The notes under the pieces: generated by a model
What the model saw: the letters and a program-made list of their open reading frames with translations, nothing else
The model's database searches: none
What the model was told of the DNA's origin: nothing
Source of the DNA: Eledone cirrhosa
Taxonomy: Eukaryota
Assembly: GCA_964016885.1 (NCBI GenBank)
Contig: OZ024740.1
Coordinates: forward strand, 297,972,001-298,036,000
Length of the DNA stretch: 64,000 nt
Direction: 5' to 3'
In this document: positions 50,803-64,000 of the stretch, piece by piece
Position numbering within the stretch: position 1 is the stretch's first letter
Layout: each line of letters begins with the position of its first letter
Position numbers and translations under genes: made by a program

Positions 50803-51243
50803 TAGTAGATATGAATGTATATTATGTTCCCAAGAACTTTTTGAAATAATTAAATCTAAGGATATCCTATTAAATAAGCGACAGGAATTAATAATATCGT
50901 GTAATCATAAACTGAGAAAAACCTTTAAATATTATAAACCTAATTAATATACACTTTAGAAATTAATATATAAACTATTTTTAATTTAGTTAACCTATAA
51001 TTAATATTCTACTACTGATGAACTACATAATTTTGCTTTCCTTCTTACAACTATCATTTCCTAAAACTGATACCATTAAGTAAACATATATAATGCTTTA
51101 ACTTCAGGTTATGTCTCTATGTTCCTTGAAAACTATATATATTTATTATTTCTCACTAATAAATTTAATTCCCCTCCCCCCAATAAGTATATGTATATGT
51201 AAGTGTGTATGTGTGTATATATATGTATGTATGTATATATGCA

Positions 51244-51408
<165 letters not shown>

Positions 51409-51959
51409 GTGTATGTGTATATATATGTATATATATATATATAAGTATATATATATATTATTTTTATATTCTTTTAATTTCCCCCCATCTTTAACAGCAC
51501 TTTTCAACTGCATCTAATTCTTATTTATCATATCTATATGTATTAGTATAATTTTATCAATATAAATATACCCATCAATTAAATTAATTTATATTCTTTT
51601 CATAGATGTATTTTTTTCACTAACATTCTTATCGTAAAACTTTAGTCACCCTAGATATTTGTATTGGCATTACTATTTTATAACAGCAACTGCTTGTATA
51701 CCTTTTACTGACCACCTGACCTATTTTCACCCCTAAAATAAGCTTCAATTACTACTATTTTACCATTTGGCCAATTATTAACTTTCTATTGGTTAATTCT
51801 AAACCTCTTACCAAACAGACAGAATATATTAGACCTTTGTTGGTTTTATTCAATGAACAAATAAAATTATTTCTGAGGTCAGCATAAGACCTATTTCTTC
51901 CCTAAAATAATCCTTCATTCATAATATTCTTTTCCATCCAAAACTGAAATCTATCTGAA

Positions 51960-52145
51960 ATGGATTGGCAGTATCGGTAGAGAGTCGGACGCCATGCTTT
52001 CCAGCATAGTTACGTCCCTTTACGGTCTGAGTTCAAATCCCGCCGAGGTTAACTTTACCTTTCATCCTTACGGGGTCGATAAAATAAAGTACCAGTAATG
52101 CACTGGGTAATTGCTGGCCTTGTGCCAAAAGTAGAAACAATTATT
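51960..52145 (+). mobile_element. CORE-SINE inserted in the right arm of the palindrome
   Basis: Absent from the left arm; replaces about 140 bp (left-arm 49264-49403). Confidence 0.9.
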
Positions 52146-52280
52146 TCTGAAGACAGCATATATATGTGTAGGTATGTATATTCCCTCTGATAGTTTGTAT
52201 AAATATTGTACATAGATCTTTAGAATATGCATACCAACTCTAACACACATATATATCCTAGAAACGATCGTAAAATGATG
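52140..52280 (+). ncRNA. Type I hammerhead with a 107-nt stem II domain (mirror copy)
   Basis: ATTATTT-CTGAAGA(52147)-...ATATATATGTGT/ACACATATATAT...-GAAAC(52261)-GATC-GTA-AAATGAT. Confidence 0.75.
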
Positions 52281-52484
52281 AATTTTTTTTAATATAATGA
52301 ACTGTTTTTTTGTTTATTCATTATTTTATTAATTTATCTTGACTCTGTTTTCCGTTTATTTTTCACCGAAAGTAGTTTTTGAATGCATCTTCTCTTTTCA
52401 TGATATCCGGATTACATTGAGTTCTTCATACGGATTGGACACTACCGTAAACTTTTGGTAGATTTATCTACATATATATATTTA

Positions 52485-52527
<43 letters not shown>

Positions 52528-53060
52528 TATTTTCCGTAGTATATATATATATATACACATAGACTGGAGTATGTATGTATATATGTGTGTGTCTATACGT
52601 GTGTATATAAAGATAAGTTGAGTATGAAAATGTATACACATGAACGCGTATGTATGTACATGTATATATGTATATATGTGTGCATGTGTATATGTATGTA
52701 AGTATGAGCATGTAAGTATGTGTATGTGAGTATATGTATTTTGTAGAGGTGTGCATATATGTTTGTGTGGGCGAAAGGATACGTACACTTGAAAGAAAAA
52801 TTTAAGTCTGAATGTTAATTAAGTGCAAACACAAAACCAACCACGCATATCTATACTATCTCTAATCCTTCTATAAATTTAGAAAAATAACCAATAATAT
52901 ATTCTATAAATATGTCAAAACAACAGATGGGAATCTAATTACTCACTGCCACCAAAAATTCTTACTGCTATCAAAAAACCACTCCCTCAACTATTCTTCT
53001 AACAACTTCACCCCTCCCTCCTAATATTCTCTATAAAAACCAAACAGGTCCTCAGTAAAA

Positions 53061-53181
53061 TTATTCTGATGAAATGACAGTTGATAATAACATTGAAATA
53101 TTGAATGTCTGCATAACTAATACTTTGTAGATAGCAGCTGTTTTCAGATTATGTAACTGTTATAGAAACACGTGTCAATAA
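53061..53181 (+). ncRNA. Type I hammerhead, canonical core, 92-nt stem II domain
   Basis: TTATT-CTGATGA-A-ATGACAGTT...AACTGTTAT-A-GAAAC-ACGT-GTC-AATAA. Lies downstream of a decayed PLE C-terminus (about 52830-52975). Confidence 0.82.
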
Positions 53182-53215
53182 ATTCCTTTTAACTAAACTG
53201 TATCCATTTAAATCC

Positions 53216-53285
<70 letters not shown>

Positions 53286-53906
53286 GACGTAAAATAAGAA
53301 AATTATAAAATTAACTTACTAAAATTTCACTCCAACTAATTAGTTTCTGAAAGGGAATAAACATGGTTTTTCCGAAGTAACACATGGAGAAAGCCTTTCG
53401 TCATTAGGGAAGTCTATTCTCAGCTAAGTTCCCAGGCAATGCGTGGACACAGGGAACTTATACAAAAATAATTCAGTGGATGGAAAAAAGCAAAACTGGA
53501 TTCCAAGACATTGAAAAAATCACTGCCTACTTGGTCGGTGGCAAATTCAAAAGAATCAATCACGTGACATCGAGGTTAATCAGTGAGGAGTGGGGTGTTA
53601 AGAAGACAGCAGCCGAACCATTACTATGAACTATAGTAGTAGTTTTGGCAAATTTTTTCTCAACAAAATAATTTGGAGATAATTATAAAGAATTAGTATA
53701 TCTACCAACATATATATACAGATGCATACCTATGCTAGCAAATATATAGGTTTTGTCTTAGTAACTTTGTGGTTCAATGCAAGGGAATGCAGAACAATTA
53801 TATGAAAGACGTAAAATAAGAAAATTATAAAAATTAACTTACTTACTATATATATATATTTGTTTTGCAAGGTTTTTTTTATATTAAATCGTGTGTCGAA
53901 ACAAAT

Positions 53907-54404
53907 ATTGTTATACTTGGGGAAATAATAACAGAACAAACTCACTGTTTGATTGGTTTTCGCTTCTGTATCTTTTATATCGCCATAGTTAATTTATTTG
54001 GCAATCAGTGTTTATCATTGATTGACCAACGGTTAAAAATACACATATGAATATATATATATAGTCTATCAAAGTTCTTTCGTTGTTCAACATCATCAGT
54101 GGTACTATTATGTTCCCTCCTATTGTATTGTATTGTAATGTCTACGTCAAATGGCGTAGGAGGGAACATAATAGTACCACTGATGGTGTTGCAGATGTGC
54201 AACAAAAGAACTTTGATAGACTATATATATTTATATCTGTATTTTTAACCGTTGATCAATCAATGATAAACATTGATTGCCAAATAAATTAACTATGGCG
54301 ATATAAAAGATACAGAAGCGAAAACCAACCAAACAGTGAGTGTGTTCTGTTATTATTTCTGGCAATATTATTACAACTATATGACCCTCCCCAATTATAA
54401 CAAT
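53907..54404. mobile_element. Fold-back PLE pLTR pair (~500-bp palindrome), one hammerhead per arm
   Basis: Arms 53907-54122 / 54157-54404. Minus motif 54069-54102 CCA-CTGATGA-T-GTTG AA CAAC-GAAA-GAAC-TT-TGA; plus motif 54177-54216 is mutated. Confidence 0.8.
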
Positions 54405-54500
54405 ATATATATATATACTTATATATATATACATATATATATATATGTGTGTAAATAAATAAAGATCCGAAGGCATGGTATAAATTTTCAATCATTTTAA

Positions 54501-54574
54501 TCAGGACACATGTTTCAATAAGAGATAGATCGATCGTGTGGTCATGATCGATTATCACTGATCTCATCGGCTGA
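54501..54574 (-). ncRNA. Hammerhead-like motif (CCGATGA core)
   Basis: Minus: TCAG-CCGATGA-GAT...ATCGATC..GATCGAT...-GAAAC-ATGT-GTC-CTGA. Confidence 0.55.
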
Positions 54575-54593
54575 ATAATGAAATGTCTTCAGA

Positions 54594-54634
<41 letters not shown>

Positions 54635-55186
54635 AAAAAGAGAGAGGCGGAGAGAGAATAACCAGGTTGTACTTAAAACATAATTTTAATTCTACATGTT
54701 TCACTGTAGAGCGGTAGGCCATACCACGATACATGCGAGGTATTTGTCCCTCGCTCTACATATCTTCAAGAATTTAGATATTGTTATAAGTTTCAAGAGT
54801 ATTACATACAAGACATAACTCCATACTATAGATGAGGTACATACCATACCAATTAATACATTACAAATTACAAGCAAAATCAAAAGCAACACCAAAGCAG
54901 AAGCGGTATTAAAGACAGTATATCAAAATGTAGTACTTCAATACATCCATACATTAACAGATATATGAGTAAAAATTACATAAGAACATAAGTGTGCATA
55001 TTGAATATATATATAAGTAGGCATATTAAAATATATATAAAAATAGAAATAAAAAAATTGAAAAGAAAATTTATAACTTCGTAAGAATTCTTTAAAAGTA
55101 AATCTTCTTGATGACGACTTCCAACAGTACAAAAAATCTCTAACAGTAAAACAATAGTATCGATACTATTTATTATATAATACAAT

Positions 55187-55406
55187 TCCAGGGTGCTCTC
55201 AAAGCGTCCGGTCGTTCAGGATTGGTGGGGTACCTCAGCGAACCCTGGGTGGTCATCCCCCCTATTGGGGAATTTTTCTTGTATTTTTCTTGTTACTTTG
55301 TTATTGTTATTCATATTGTTTACTCGATTTTTCTGTAAAACCCCACTGTCCCAGTCTTTTGTATTGTCCCCTATATGTCGGCCCTTGTGGCCAATAAATG
55401 AAATCA
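55187..55406 (+). mobile_element. Tx1/L1-like 3'UTR fragment
   Basis: Reverse complement of 25425-25645; ends GGCCAATAAATGAAATC. Confidence 0.75.
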
Positions 55407-55984
55407 CTATATAATACAATGCATATAGATATAAATAAATAAATAAATAAATATAGAAAGATAGAAAATTAAATAATTATTTTGCAGAATTACATAGATT
55501 TATAGATTAGAATGTTCTCTAAATGTATGTATAAAAATATACATATGAAAACACAATGTTATAATTATTATTATTAATTTAATATAATTTAACAGAACTT
55601 TAGTTTAACAGAACTATTATTAATTCAATTTAACAGAACTGAAGATAATTATCATAAGTAAATAATTAAATTACAAATTTACCCTGCATCTAGATGGAAA
55701 GTAGTTTCGGAGTTACTTTTATTTCTCACCTCTAACATATTTCGAAAATTGCAACAACATTATTAGATAATAAAGGTTAGATTTGTCTTTCATCTTTAGG
55801 GTGTTGACAGCATAAACTACCAGTAATGCACTGTGGTCGATTTAATCGACTTCCCCTCCCCTCAAATTGTTAGCCTTGTGTCTAAATCAGTAACCATTAT
55901 TAGATAATAAAAACTGGTTTCCGTGCATTAAGTATGATACTATGGGCATGTGGTTAGAATGTCTCAGGAAAGAATCGCTGATTT

Positions 55985-56163
55985 TACGGGACAGATTTTA
56001 CGGTAGGAGACCCAGGCAGGAGATCCAGGGGTAGACCCCGAGCAAGATGGTTGGATAGCATTGGTTGGTCTCGCTTAGGGATCCAACTAGATCGATTAGA
56101 GACGGTTATTTCTGACAAGACCCGCTGGAAGGAGTGTTTGAAGTCTCTGCCCCCACGACCCTC
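55985..56163 (+). mobile_element. RTE (Expander-like) LINE 3' end
   Basis: GRRSRGRPRARWLDSIGWSRLGI...DKTRWKECLKSLPPRP. Confidence 0.75.
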
Positions 56164-56247
56164 ACACACATTTTTCTTTTCAACTTGTATATTATTGACT
56201 TAAATAGTAAAGAGGGATATTTTAGAGAGTGTAATCCTTAATATTCA

Positions 56248-56402
56248 ATAATTGTTTCTACTTTAGGCACAAGGCCAGCAATTACCCAATTCATTACTGG
56301 TACTTTATTTTATCGACCCCGCAAGGATGAAAGGCAAAGTCAACCTCGGCGGGATTTGAACTCAGATCGTAAAGGGACGTAACTATGCTGGAAAGCATAG
56401 TT
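56248..56402 (-). mobile_element. CORE-SINE with TSD ATCCTTAATATTCAATAAT
   Basis: Duplicated flank at about 56234-56252 and 56406-56424. Confidence 0.9.
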
Positions 56403-56744
56403 AATATCCTTAATATTCAATAATGCAGGACAGTCCTAACTGGAACACCTTAATCATAGGATCGCTTGATCAGGACAGACTTGGGGGGTAAACAACAATA
56501 AAACCAGCAACAATAACAACAACACAAAACACCAACAACAGTTGTTAAGAACACTTGTACAGCTTATTCGAACTGCTGGCTAATTTACAAAAACAAAAGG
56601 AACAGCTTTTTTATGTCATCAGTATACCTTACTCCCCGGGGTTCCAGATGCATTGAGTGGGTGAGGTAGCATTCTTTTCTTTCCAGTTCACTTCTCAACT
56701 GCGTGGTAAGGGTCAAAGAAGTGTGAACTCTATAAATGAGGGCA

Positions 56745-57130
56745 TGTAGTTTGTTCAATCACATACAAGGTCCGAACACAAAAGAACCAAACTCCCACTG
56801 TCACTTCCACCGTCTCTCCCACTCTCCCCATCTCTCACTATTATGAGCAAATGGGGGTCCACGCGCTGGCCGCCTCGCGGCCCCGGCGGACAGAATGGAA
56901 AAGGTGTTTCCCCAGAGGATGATGAGAGAGACGCGCTGGAAGAGCCATTCCAGCTCATGAGGCTCACACTTGTGGGTAGCCAACTCAGTGCCGATGGTGG
57001 TGAGCAGGGTGGAGTGGGGTGGCCGTAAGGCCAAGGACACCAGAAGTCTCCACTGACACGGGCTCAACCACAAACCTGTCAAAGAACGACCGATATTTGG
57101 AGAACTGCGTGGTTCTAGGCGAGATCACAC
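56745..57130 (+). mobile_element. Dispersed repeat homologous to 31774-32125 (probable LINE 5' region)
   Basis: See the 31774 entry. Confidence 0.55.
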
Positions 57131-57467
57131 TATGTCGCAACTTGTTCTTCTAAGACAAATGAGCTCCCCCACCCACACACCACCGTCCTATCCTCTACTA
57201 AAATTAATTTATTACTATCCACACCTTCAGCATTCAAACCACTTATCACATTAATCTTCACCATTCTCTCACACATTGTTCAATACATTGTCTTCTCCTT
57301 CGCCATTAATCAGCTCTACACAATATTTTCTACTAACCTTTGTTATTTTTATAACTCAATAAACATTTATCCAAATTACATATTTCATTAATTTTATTAT
57401 TACAATGTCATCTTTACCTCGCTCACAGTTGTGTTTTACTACTTATTTACGCTACATTCCTCAATCT

Positions 57468-58176
57468 TGTGTGTGTGTGTGTGCCTGTGTGTGTCTGTGT
57501 TTGTGTCTCTGTGTGTGTATGTGCTTGTGTGTCTGTGCGTGTATGTGCATGTGTCCATGTATATGTGTATCTATGTATGTGACTGTGTGTCTTTGTCTGT
57601 ATGAATGCGTGTGTGTGCGTCTATGTGTGTGTATATGTCTGTGGGTATATGTGTATGCGTGTCTACATATGTGTGTATGTGTGTCTACATGTGTGTGCAT
57701 GTGTGCCTATGTCTGTGTGTATATGTGTGTATGTGTACATGTGTGTATGTGTACCTGCGTGTCTGTTTGTTCGTGTATGTGACTGTGTGTCTTTGTCTGT
57801 GTGTATGCGTGTGTGTGCGTGGGTGTGTGTGCGTCTATGTGTCTGTATGTGTATGTGTGTATATGTGTATGTGTGTCCTCATGTGTGTGCATGTATGTCT
57901 ATGTCTGTGTGTGTATGTGTGCCTGTGTGCCTGTGTGTTTGTGTCTTTGTCTGTTTGTGCGTGTGTGTGCCCAAGAAGGCTCTATCGCAAACCACGTAAC
58001 CACTCCAATACTACAGCTTTTAATAACCCCTATCTATTTATTATATAGCTCTTAAGCAGCAACCCACTCAGATTCTACTTGAAATAAATCATATCCTACT
58101 CCACTTCACCATAGTTAATGAATTTGTTTTCCATCAATGTTATACACAGTCGCGTGTACACCATAACATGTGTGTG

Positions 58177-58210
<34 letters not shown>

Positions 58211-58259
58211 CGTGCGTGCATGTGTGCGTGTGCATATATATATATATGCGTGTGTGTGT

Positions 58260-58325
<66 letters not shown>
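57468..58325. repeat. Degenerate (TG)n field followed by (TA)n
   Basis: Direct reading. Confidence 0.9.
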
Positions 58326-58326
<1 letters not shown>

Positions 58327-58366
58327 GTGTCAATATATATATATGCGGACATATGCACTGTAAAAA

Positions 58367-58850
58367 CTAGTATTGCAAAGTATTTTCTCTCCTTGATCAG
58401 AAAATATTTGCTGAACGGTTACACATTCCATTAGCTGCTCAACAAGATCAATGTAATAGTGACCTACATCTGTATAGTAAACATGCTAAGTACCATTAAT
58501 AGCCATAAACCAAAAATATTACAAACAAATGCGGATTGAAAAGAGCCAACATGCAATTGTCGAAATGTAGAATTTTGCACCATCAAAAGTCATCTGCGCA
58601 TACCGTCATCAACACCTAAACAACATCACAGAAACTACGAAATGCATATAGAAATCAAGAGATACAGGACAAGCGACCACTATTACAAGTCACTGTAAGA
58701 TAAAGTATAGAGTACCAGCATTCTGTAGCTTCAGTCTTAACGAGAAACTTCATAATATTTCTCATCTTGCTGCAATCCTCATCAAAAGAACCGAACTAAT
58801 TTCGACTTGCCAACATATGCTCAAATTCTTTCTCACGAACTTTAAACCAT
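58367..58850 (+). pseudogene. Highly decayed Naiad-type PLE C-terminal region
   Basis: TSIAKYFLSLIRKY; VTYIC..NM.STINSH; CNCRN; LIKRTELISTCQHMLKFFLTNFKP. Confidence 0.7.
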
Positions 58851-59024
58851 ACACTCATAATGCATGATAAACCATTGCTGGTGGCAATAATATATATGTG
58901 ATTACATCGAAACATAGCAAACGTAGTTAACACTAATTCTGTCAATTTCTTCTCCATCCGCTGATATGTACAGTTAACAAAAAGTAAGTTCAGAGCTTTT
59001 GTGATCTATTACGACAAAATAAAC

Positions 59025-59113
<89 letters not shown>

Positions 59114-59122
59114 ACACCGCGT

Positions 59123-59297
59123 TGCTGAAAAGTTCCTGGCTTAAGAGTATTGCAAAAAGGTAAAGCTGTTACCTTTACATGGGAGGTAGGACCGCTGCAA
59201 TAAGTTTGTGAATCTGAGAGGGAAATATGCTGAATAAAATCATAATTGACTGATACTTCTCTATTTTCTTTAACCCAGAGCCAGGAACTTTCCAGCA
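59123..59297. mobile_element. Mariner-type MITE
   Basis: TIRs TGCTGAAAAGTTCCTGGCT / AGCCAGGAACTTTCCAGCA. Confidence 0.75.
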
Positions 59298-59532
59298 GAT
59301 ATTGACGACTAAGATTTACAATTACTAACGCCAGATGGCAGCTGCTGTTTTTGTTTTGTTTTGTTTTTCTTTATGTTTTTGTTTTTTGTTGTTTTTATAC
59401 AATGGAATTACCGAAAAGTTGTGTTATAAATTTTATTCGGACGTAAGAGAGTATACGAATTATTTGTAGCTAAGTGACTACTAATATAGTGAACCAAAAA
59501 AACTAATTAATTGTAATTATACCAGTAATGAT

Positions 59533-59682
59533 AGGCGGCGAATTGACAGAGTCGTTAGAACGTCTGATAGAATGCTTTATGGTATTTTTTCCAGCTCTCT
59601 GCTCTCTGAGTTCAAATCGAGGTCAACTTTGCCTTTCATCCTTTCGAAGTCGATAAAAAATGTACCTCTCTAGTACTGGGGT
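59533..59682 (+). mobile_element. Older CORE-SINE
   Basis: GGCGGCGAATTGACAG head, GAGTTCAAATC, GCCTTTCATCCTTTCG. Confidence 0.8.
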
Positions 59683-60539
59683 GGACTCTTCCTCTATCTC
59701 ATTTTCTCTCTCATTTTCTATCTTTCTCTGGAAGAAATCTGCTGTACTCTAGCCTGGAGAGGGATGACCTCCACCAGGCTTTAAATACCCAAGAAACGCC
59801 GTATGTCAATACGGTGCTCCTACGACTTCTCCAGGAGATACAGGACCATGCGGTATCATACCATACCAATAATGAAGAGAAAATAAAAAATAGTTTAATT
59901 ATTAATTCTGGTCAAGAAAGACGGGGTAAACACTGGAATTTGGATTAATTAAAATTAATTAAGAATTACTTGAAGAGATGTAGTAAAGAGTGTTTCTGTT
60001 CTTAATAAGTCAGGCAACAATTCCGGACATGTTTTTGTCTTATAAGACCTCCTTAGCGAAACTTAGTCTTACAATGAGATAAAGCATAAGAGAGAGAAAG
60101 GAAAAGAGGGATAGTGTATGAAAGAAAAAAAACGTGCGTGTGTAGTGAAACAGAAATTTGAGATAGTGTATAAAGAATGGGTAATGAGGATGGTGGGGGA
60201 GAAAGTGGAAGTAAAACAATGAGTGCGAAAAAGAATTTGTGCTCGGAGAAGTATATGTTTAGAGGGGAAGCGCGAAGGAAGACAGAAAGAAAGAAAGAAC
60301 TCCGAATAATAAAAGAAGAAGTAAAATTAAGCCAACAACACTCCGGATCTTGATGATGAGACTGCGAAAGTTTAAAAACGTTGATGAAATTACGAATTTA
60401 ATCAACGTTGTGTTGTTCCAATGTATTGTCCCAAAGGCGCTGCAATTGTGGAAAAATATGCAAAAAATTTAATTTAAAAAGAAGTTAAAACTCGAACTCA
60501 GTCGAGTTTTCAACAAACAACAACAACACACACTCTCTC

Positions 60540-60613
<74 letters not shown>

Positions 60614-60673
60614 TATATATATATATATATATATATATGTGAGTGTGTGTGTGTGTATGAAAACAAATTGTAA

Positions 60674-61004
60674 TCTATCTATATATTACTAAAAGTCTGT
60701 GATTGCTTGCTTGCTTGCTTGCTTGCTTGTCTGTAGTGTAATACAGCCAAAAGGGCGCATAATGAGAAAATACTTTGAAAGGAAGTTGACCTTGAAATTG
60801 GAATACAAATGGAATCAAACAAGTTTTGCATGAATCGAAGCACGGGTTCCAGAGATATGAGGTTTTCTGAGTACCTTCATAAAAAGAGAGAGAGAAGGAT
60901 AGAGAGAAAGAGATAGTGGTTGTGAGAGAGTAGATTGAAAGAGAGACATAGAGAGAGGGAGAGGAGACAGAGAAGGAGAATGGAAGAGAGAGAGCTGGTG
61001 ATGT

Positions 61005-61077
<73 letters not shown>

Positions 61078-61340
61078 ATGTATATATATATATATATATG
61101 TGTGTGTGCGTGTGTGTGTGTGTCTATGACCAGTGTATATCGATCACAGACACCCACATATAAATATATACACACACATTTATATATACATACACACACG
61201 TATATATATGGGTCTTCCATTTTCATTTCACATTATATACATTTCTGTGTATATTTTAATTAGTTAAAAATTGTTTATAAGTGAACATGATTTTAAAAAA
61301 ATATTTTGAAGTGAACGTGACCAAACAGGGCACGGGTGAA
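60674..61340 (+). mobile_element. Possible Helitron-like element (5' end clear, 3' end uncertain)
   Basis: A|TCTATCTATATATTACTAAAAG + (GCTT)n; CGTG...CACGGG hairpin near 61317-61336, but no CTAG. Confidence 0.35.
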
Positions 61341-61375
61341 TAAAGTTTACAAATTGGTGCAATTATTATTGTCAC

Positions 61376-61414
<39 letters not shown>

Positions 61415-61582
61415 AAAAGAAATCGAAAATGCAACTGGAGTCTTTTTAAGAATATTTATTTATTTCCTTTACCGGTTTCACAGGTCTTATGCTTTTCTAA
61501 AGTAGAATTGAGATGGAGGATTTGTGGTTTTTCTCGCATCTGGATGCAAGAAAAAAAACTACCTGTCTAGTACTGTCTAGTA

Positions 61583-61628
<46 letters not shown>

Positions 61629-61633
<5 letters not shown>

Positions 61634-61818
61634 AAAAAGTATGACCCCGACGGCAGAGCTCAAGCCGTTTCGCCGGCTATTTCAGTCCAGAAATAGCCGT
61701 CGAAACGGCTTGAGCTCATCCGTCGGGGTCATACTTTTTCCTATTTCCCACTCTACTACTCTAAGTATTGAGTACTCTGGTGCGTTATGGTCCATCTGGT
61801 TCCTTACCACATTTCCTT

Positions 61819-61825
<7 letters not shown>
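61629..61825 (+). mobile_element. Fold-back pLTR remnant (hairpin 61629-61744 plus tail)
   Basis: Same family as 13574-13770; between (TA)n tracts. Confidence 0.8.
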
Positions 61826-61874
<49 letters not shown>

Positions 61875-61884
61875 ATATATATAT

Positions 61885-62087
61885 ATATATTGGTAAAAGG
61901 AAAAGAAAATGCTGACAAATTGTTCCCAGTGAAAAATATTTTTGAAAAGCATTAGAAATGCGCAACCGGTAAAAACTTAAAACTGAATACTAACCAATAC
62001 TTATTACTAATTTTTACTTATTCCGAATTAAACTATTTTTCACTGGGAACAATTTGTCAGCATTTTGTTTTCCTTTTACCAATATAT
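61885..62087. repeat. Inverted repeat with ~54-bp arms and ~95-bp spacer, between (TA)n tracts
   Basis: TTGGTAAAAGGAAAA.AAAATGCTGACAAATTGTTCCCAGTGAAAAATA and its reverse complement. Confidence 0.85.
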
Positions 62088-62117
62088 CACAACTCGTGTG
62101 TTACACCTCTATTCTTT

Positions 62118-62170
<53 letters not shown>

Positions 62171-62172
<2 letters not shown>

Positions 62173-62486
62173 CGAAGGAAATGTGGTAAGGAACCAGATG
62201 GACCATAACGCACCAAAGTACTCAATACTTAGGGTAGTAGAGTGGGTAATAGGAACGAGTAGGACCCCGACGGCTGAGCTCAAGCCGTTTCGACGGCTAA
62301 TTCCGGATTGAAAATTCCGGGCACAAAAGAAGGGGACAAATACAAAGGGGGAAGTTTACATACAATAAAAACGTGTAAAATATTATCACAAATGCAATTT
62401 AAAAATTAGTCGATTTTCCCCAATAGTCCGGAATTAGCCGTCGAAACGGCTTGAGCTCAGCCGCCGGGGTCCTACTCGTTCCTATA
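62171..62486 (-). mobile_element. Fold-back pLTR remnant, third copy (reverse orientation, ~115-nt loop)
   Basis: Tail on minus at 62171-62250; arms about 62249-62308 and 62425-62485. Confidence 0.8.
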
Positions 62487-62504
62487 TATATATATAAATG
62501 AAAA

Positions 62505-63678
62505 TGAGCTCAAGCCGTTTCGACGGCTAATTCTGGACTAAAGGAAAATTTTTATCCTGGTATATGAATAGCCGAGCTTCTCAGGGGGTAATTCCATATA
62601 TGGTAAAAGTGATTGTCACAAGGATTGGTCAAAAGTTTGTTGTTGAGACACATAATTCTATCATGGCAATTTGTGGAAGGAAGGGGTAGCTGAACCTGCC
62701 AGTAGAAGAAAGAGGGAGAGGGAGTGGAGGAAACCCAGACGTGCGTTGATAGTGCCAACTACAGCAGGGCAGGAGGTCAAGCAAGTATACTAGGGAGGGG
62801 GGGGGAGGAAGTCGAAACAATAAGTAAATCAATATGGAGTAAATATATAGAAGAATACCAAGAATGTTAAAAATATAAAATTTCTGGTTACTATTCCCTA
62901 ACGACAGTCATCAAGTCTCTCACTGGTACTGCTAAACTATAGAAAAGTTTACTAGGTGGGACGGAATTGTAATGAGACCATTTTAAGAGTTAGTAGTAAT
63001 CAACCGAGTATATCTTACGGTGACAGGTCAACAAGTGGGGGGCCAAAATACTAAAGAAACTACCACGAAATAATAATTCAGAGTCCCGAAACTAATACGA
63101 AATAAATGTTTCTACCCTAGGCACAAGGCCAGCAACCACCCAGTGCAAAAAATAAACTAATACGAAATAATAATTCAGAATCCCGAAAATGAATACTAAT
63201 ACTATCTCTAAGGGTGCCGCTATATTGTTACTCCATATTGATTTACTTATTGTTTCGACTTCCTCCCCTTCCCCCTCCCTAGTATACTTGCTTGACCTCC
63301 TGCCCTGCTGTAGTTGGCACTATCAACGCACGACTGGGTTTCCTCCACTCCCTCTCCCTCTCCCTCTTTCTTCTACTGGCAGGTTCAGCTACCCCTTCCT
63401 TCCACAAATTGCCATGGTAGAATTATGTGTCTCAACAACAAACTTTTGACCAATCCTTGTGACAATCACTTTTACCATATATGGAATTACCCCCTGAGAA
63501 GCTCGGCTATTCATATACCAGGATAAAAATTTTCATTTAGTCCAGAATTAGCCGTCGAAACGGCTTGAGCTCAGCCGTCAGGGTCCTACTTGTTCCTATT
63601 ACCCACTCTACTACCCTAAGTATTGAGTACTTTGGTGCTTTATGCTCCACCTGGTTCCTTACCACATTTCCTTCGTTA
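62505..63678. mobile_element. Longer member of the same family: ~340-bp inverted arms around a ~385-bp spacer
   Basis: 62505-62842 is the reverse complement of 63228-63572; the tail extends to 63678. Confidence 0.88.
63489..63584 (+). ncRNA. Hammerhead-like motif with variant core CTGAGAA
   Basis: ACCCC-CTGAGAA-GCT-CGGCTA..TAGCCG-TC-GAAAC-GGC T TGAGCTCA GCC-GTC-AGGGT; the 3' strand is GGGGT in the other copies. Confidence 0.65.
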
Positions 63679-63709
63679 TATATATATATTTTATATATAT
63701 ATATATATT

Positions 63710-63916
63710 TTCAATCACATATATTTTTATTTGTTTGACCCGAATTGCTTGATCGTTTTTTTTTTTACTGTGCGGATGATTAGTTTAACCACCATCTCAG
63801 TGTGTTTGGCCTTTAATGTATGTTGTAGCTCTAATTCATATGAATTATCGAGCACTTGCCACAACTCGGAAGTGTTTTTCGTTAATTCCTGAGCTGAAAT
63901 TCGATTCTCGCTAATT

Positions 63917-63920
<4 letters not shown>
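63710..63920 (-). mobile_element. Second copy of the 907-1140 repeat
   Basis: Colinear similarity. Confidence 0.7.

Positions 63921-64000
<80 letters not shown>

Overview
AT-rich eukaryotic, repeat-dominated DNA. The SINE families, microsatellite load and LINE content suggest a cephalopod (octopus-like) genome; this is inference from remembered repeat families, not a database result. No intact protein-coding gene is supportable, and almost all ORF-track entries are microsatellite translations or decayed transposon fragments. The window holds a near-full-length decayed Penelope-like element (PLE) of the Naiad type (RT with YRDD plus GIY-YIG) with inverted pseudo-LTRs, several truncated and fold-back PLE remnants, R4/Dong, RTE/RTE-X and Tx1/L1 LINE fragments, more than 30 tRNA-derived SINE copies, a Buster/Charlie-type hAT element with an empty-site paralog, MITEs, non-autonomous Helitrons, and mini/microsatellites. 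The most notable signal is about 15 or more minimal type I hammerhead-ribozyme motifs from several unrelated families. They include a 467-bp tandem, retrozyme-like unit with a textbook core, ribozymes with very large stem II inserts, and a family that repeatedly folds back inside the ribozyme's stem II. Coordinates of decayed repeats are read by eye and approximate.
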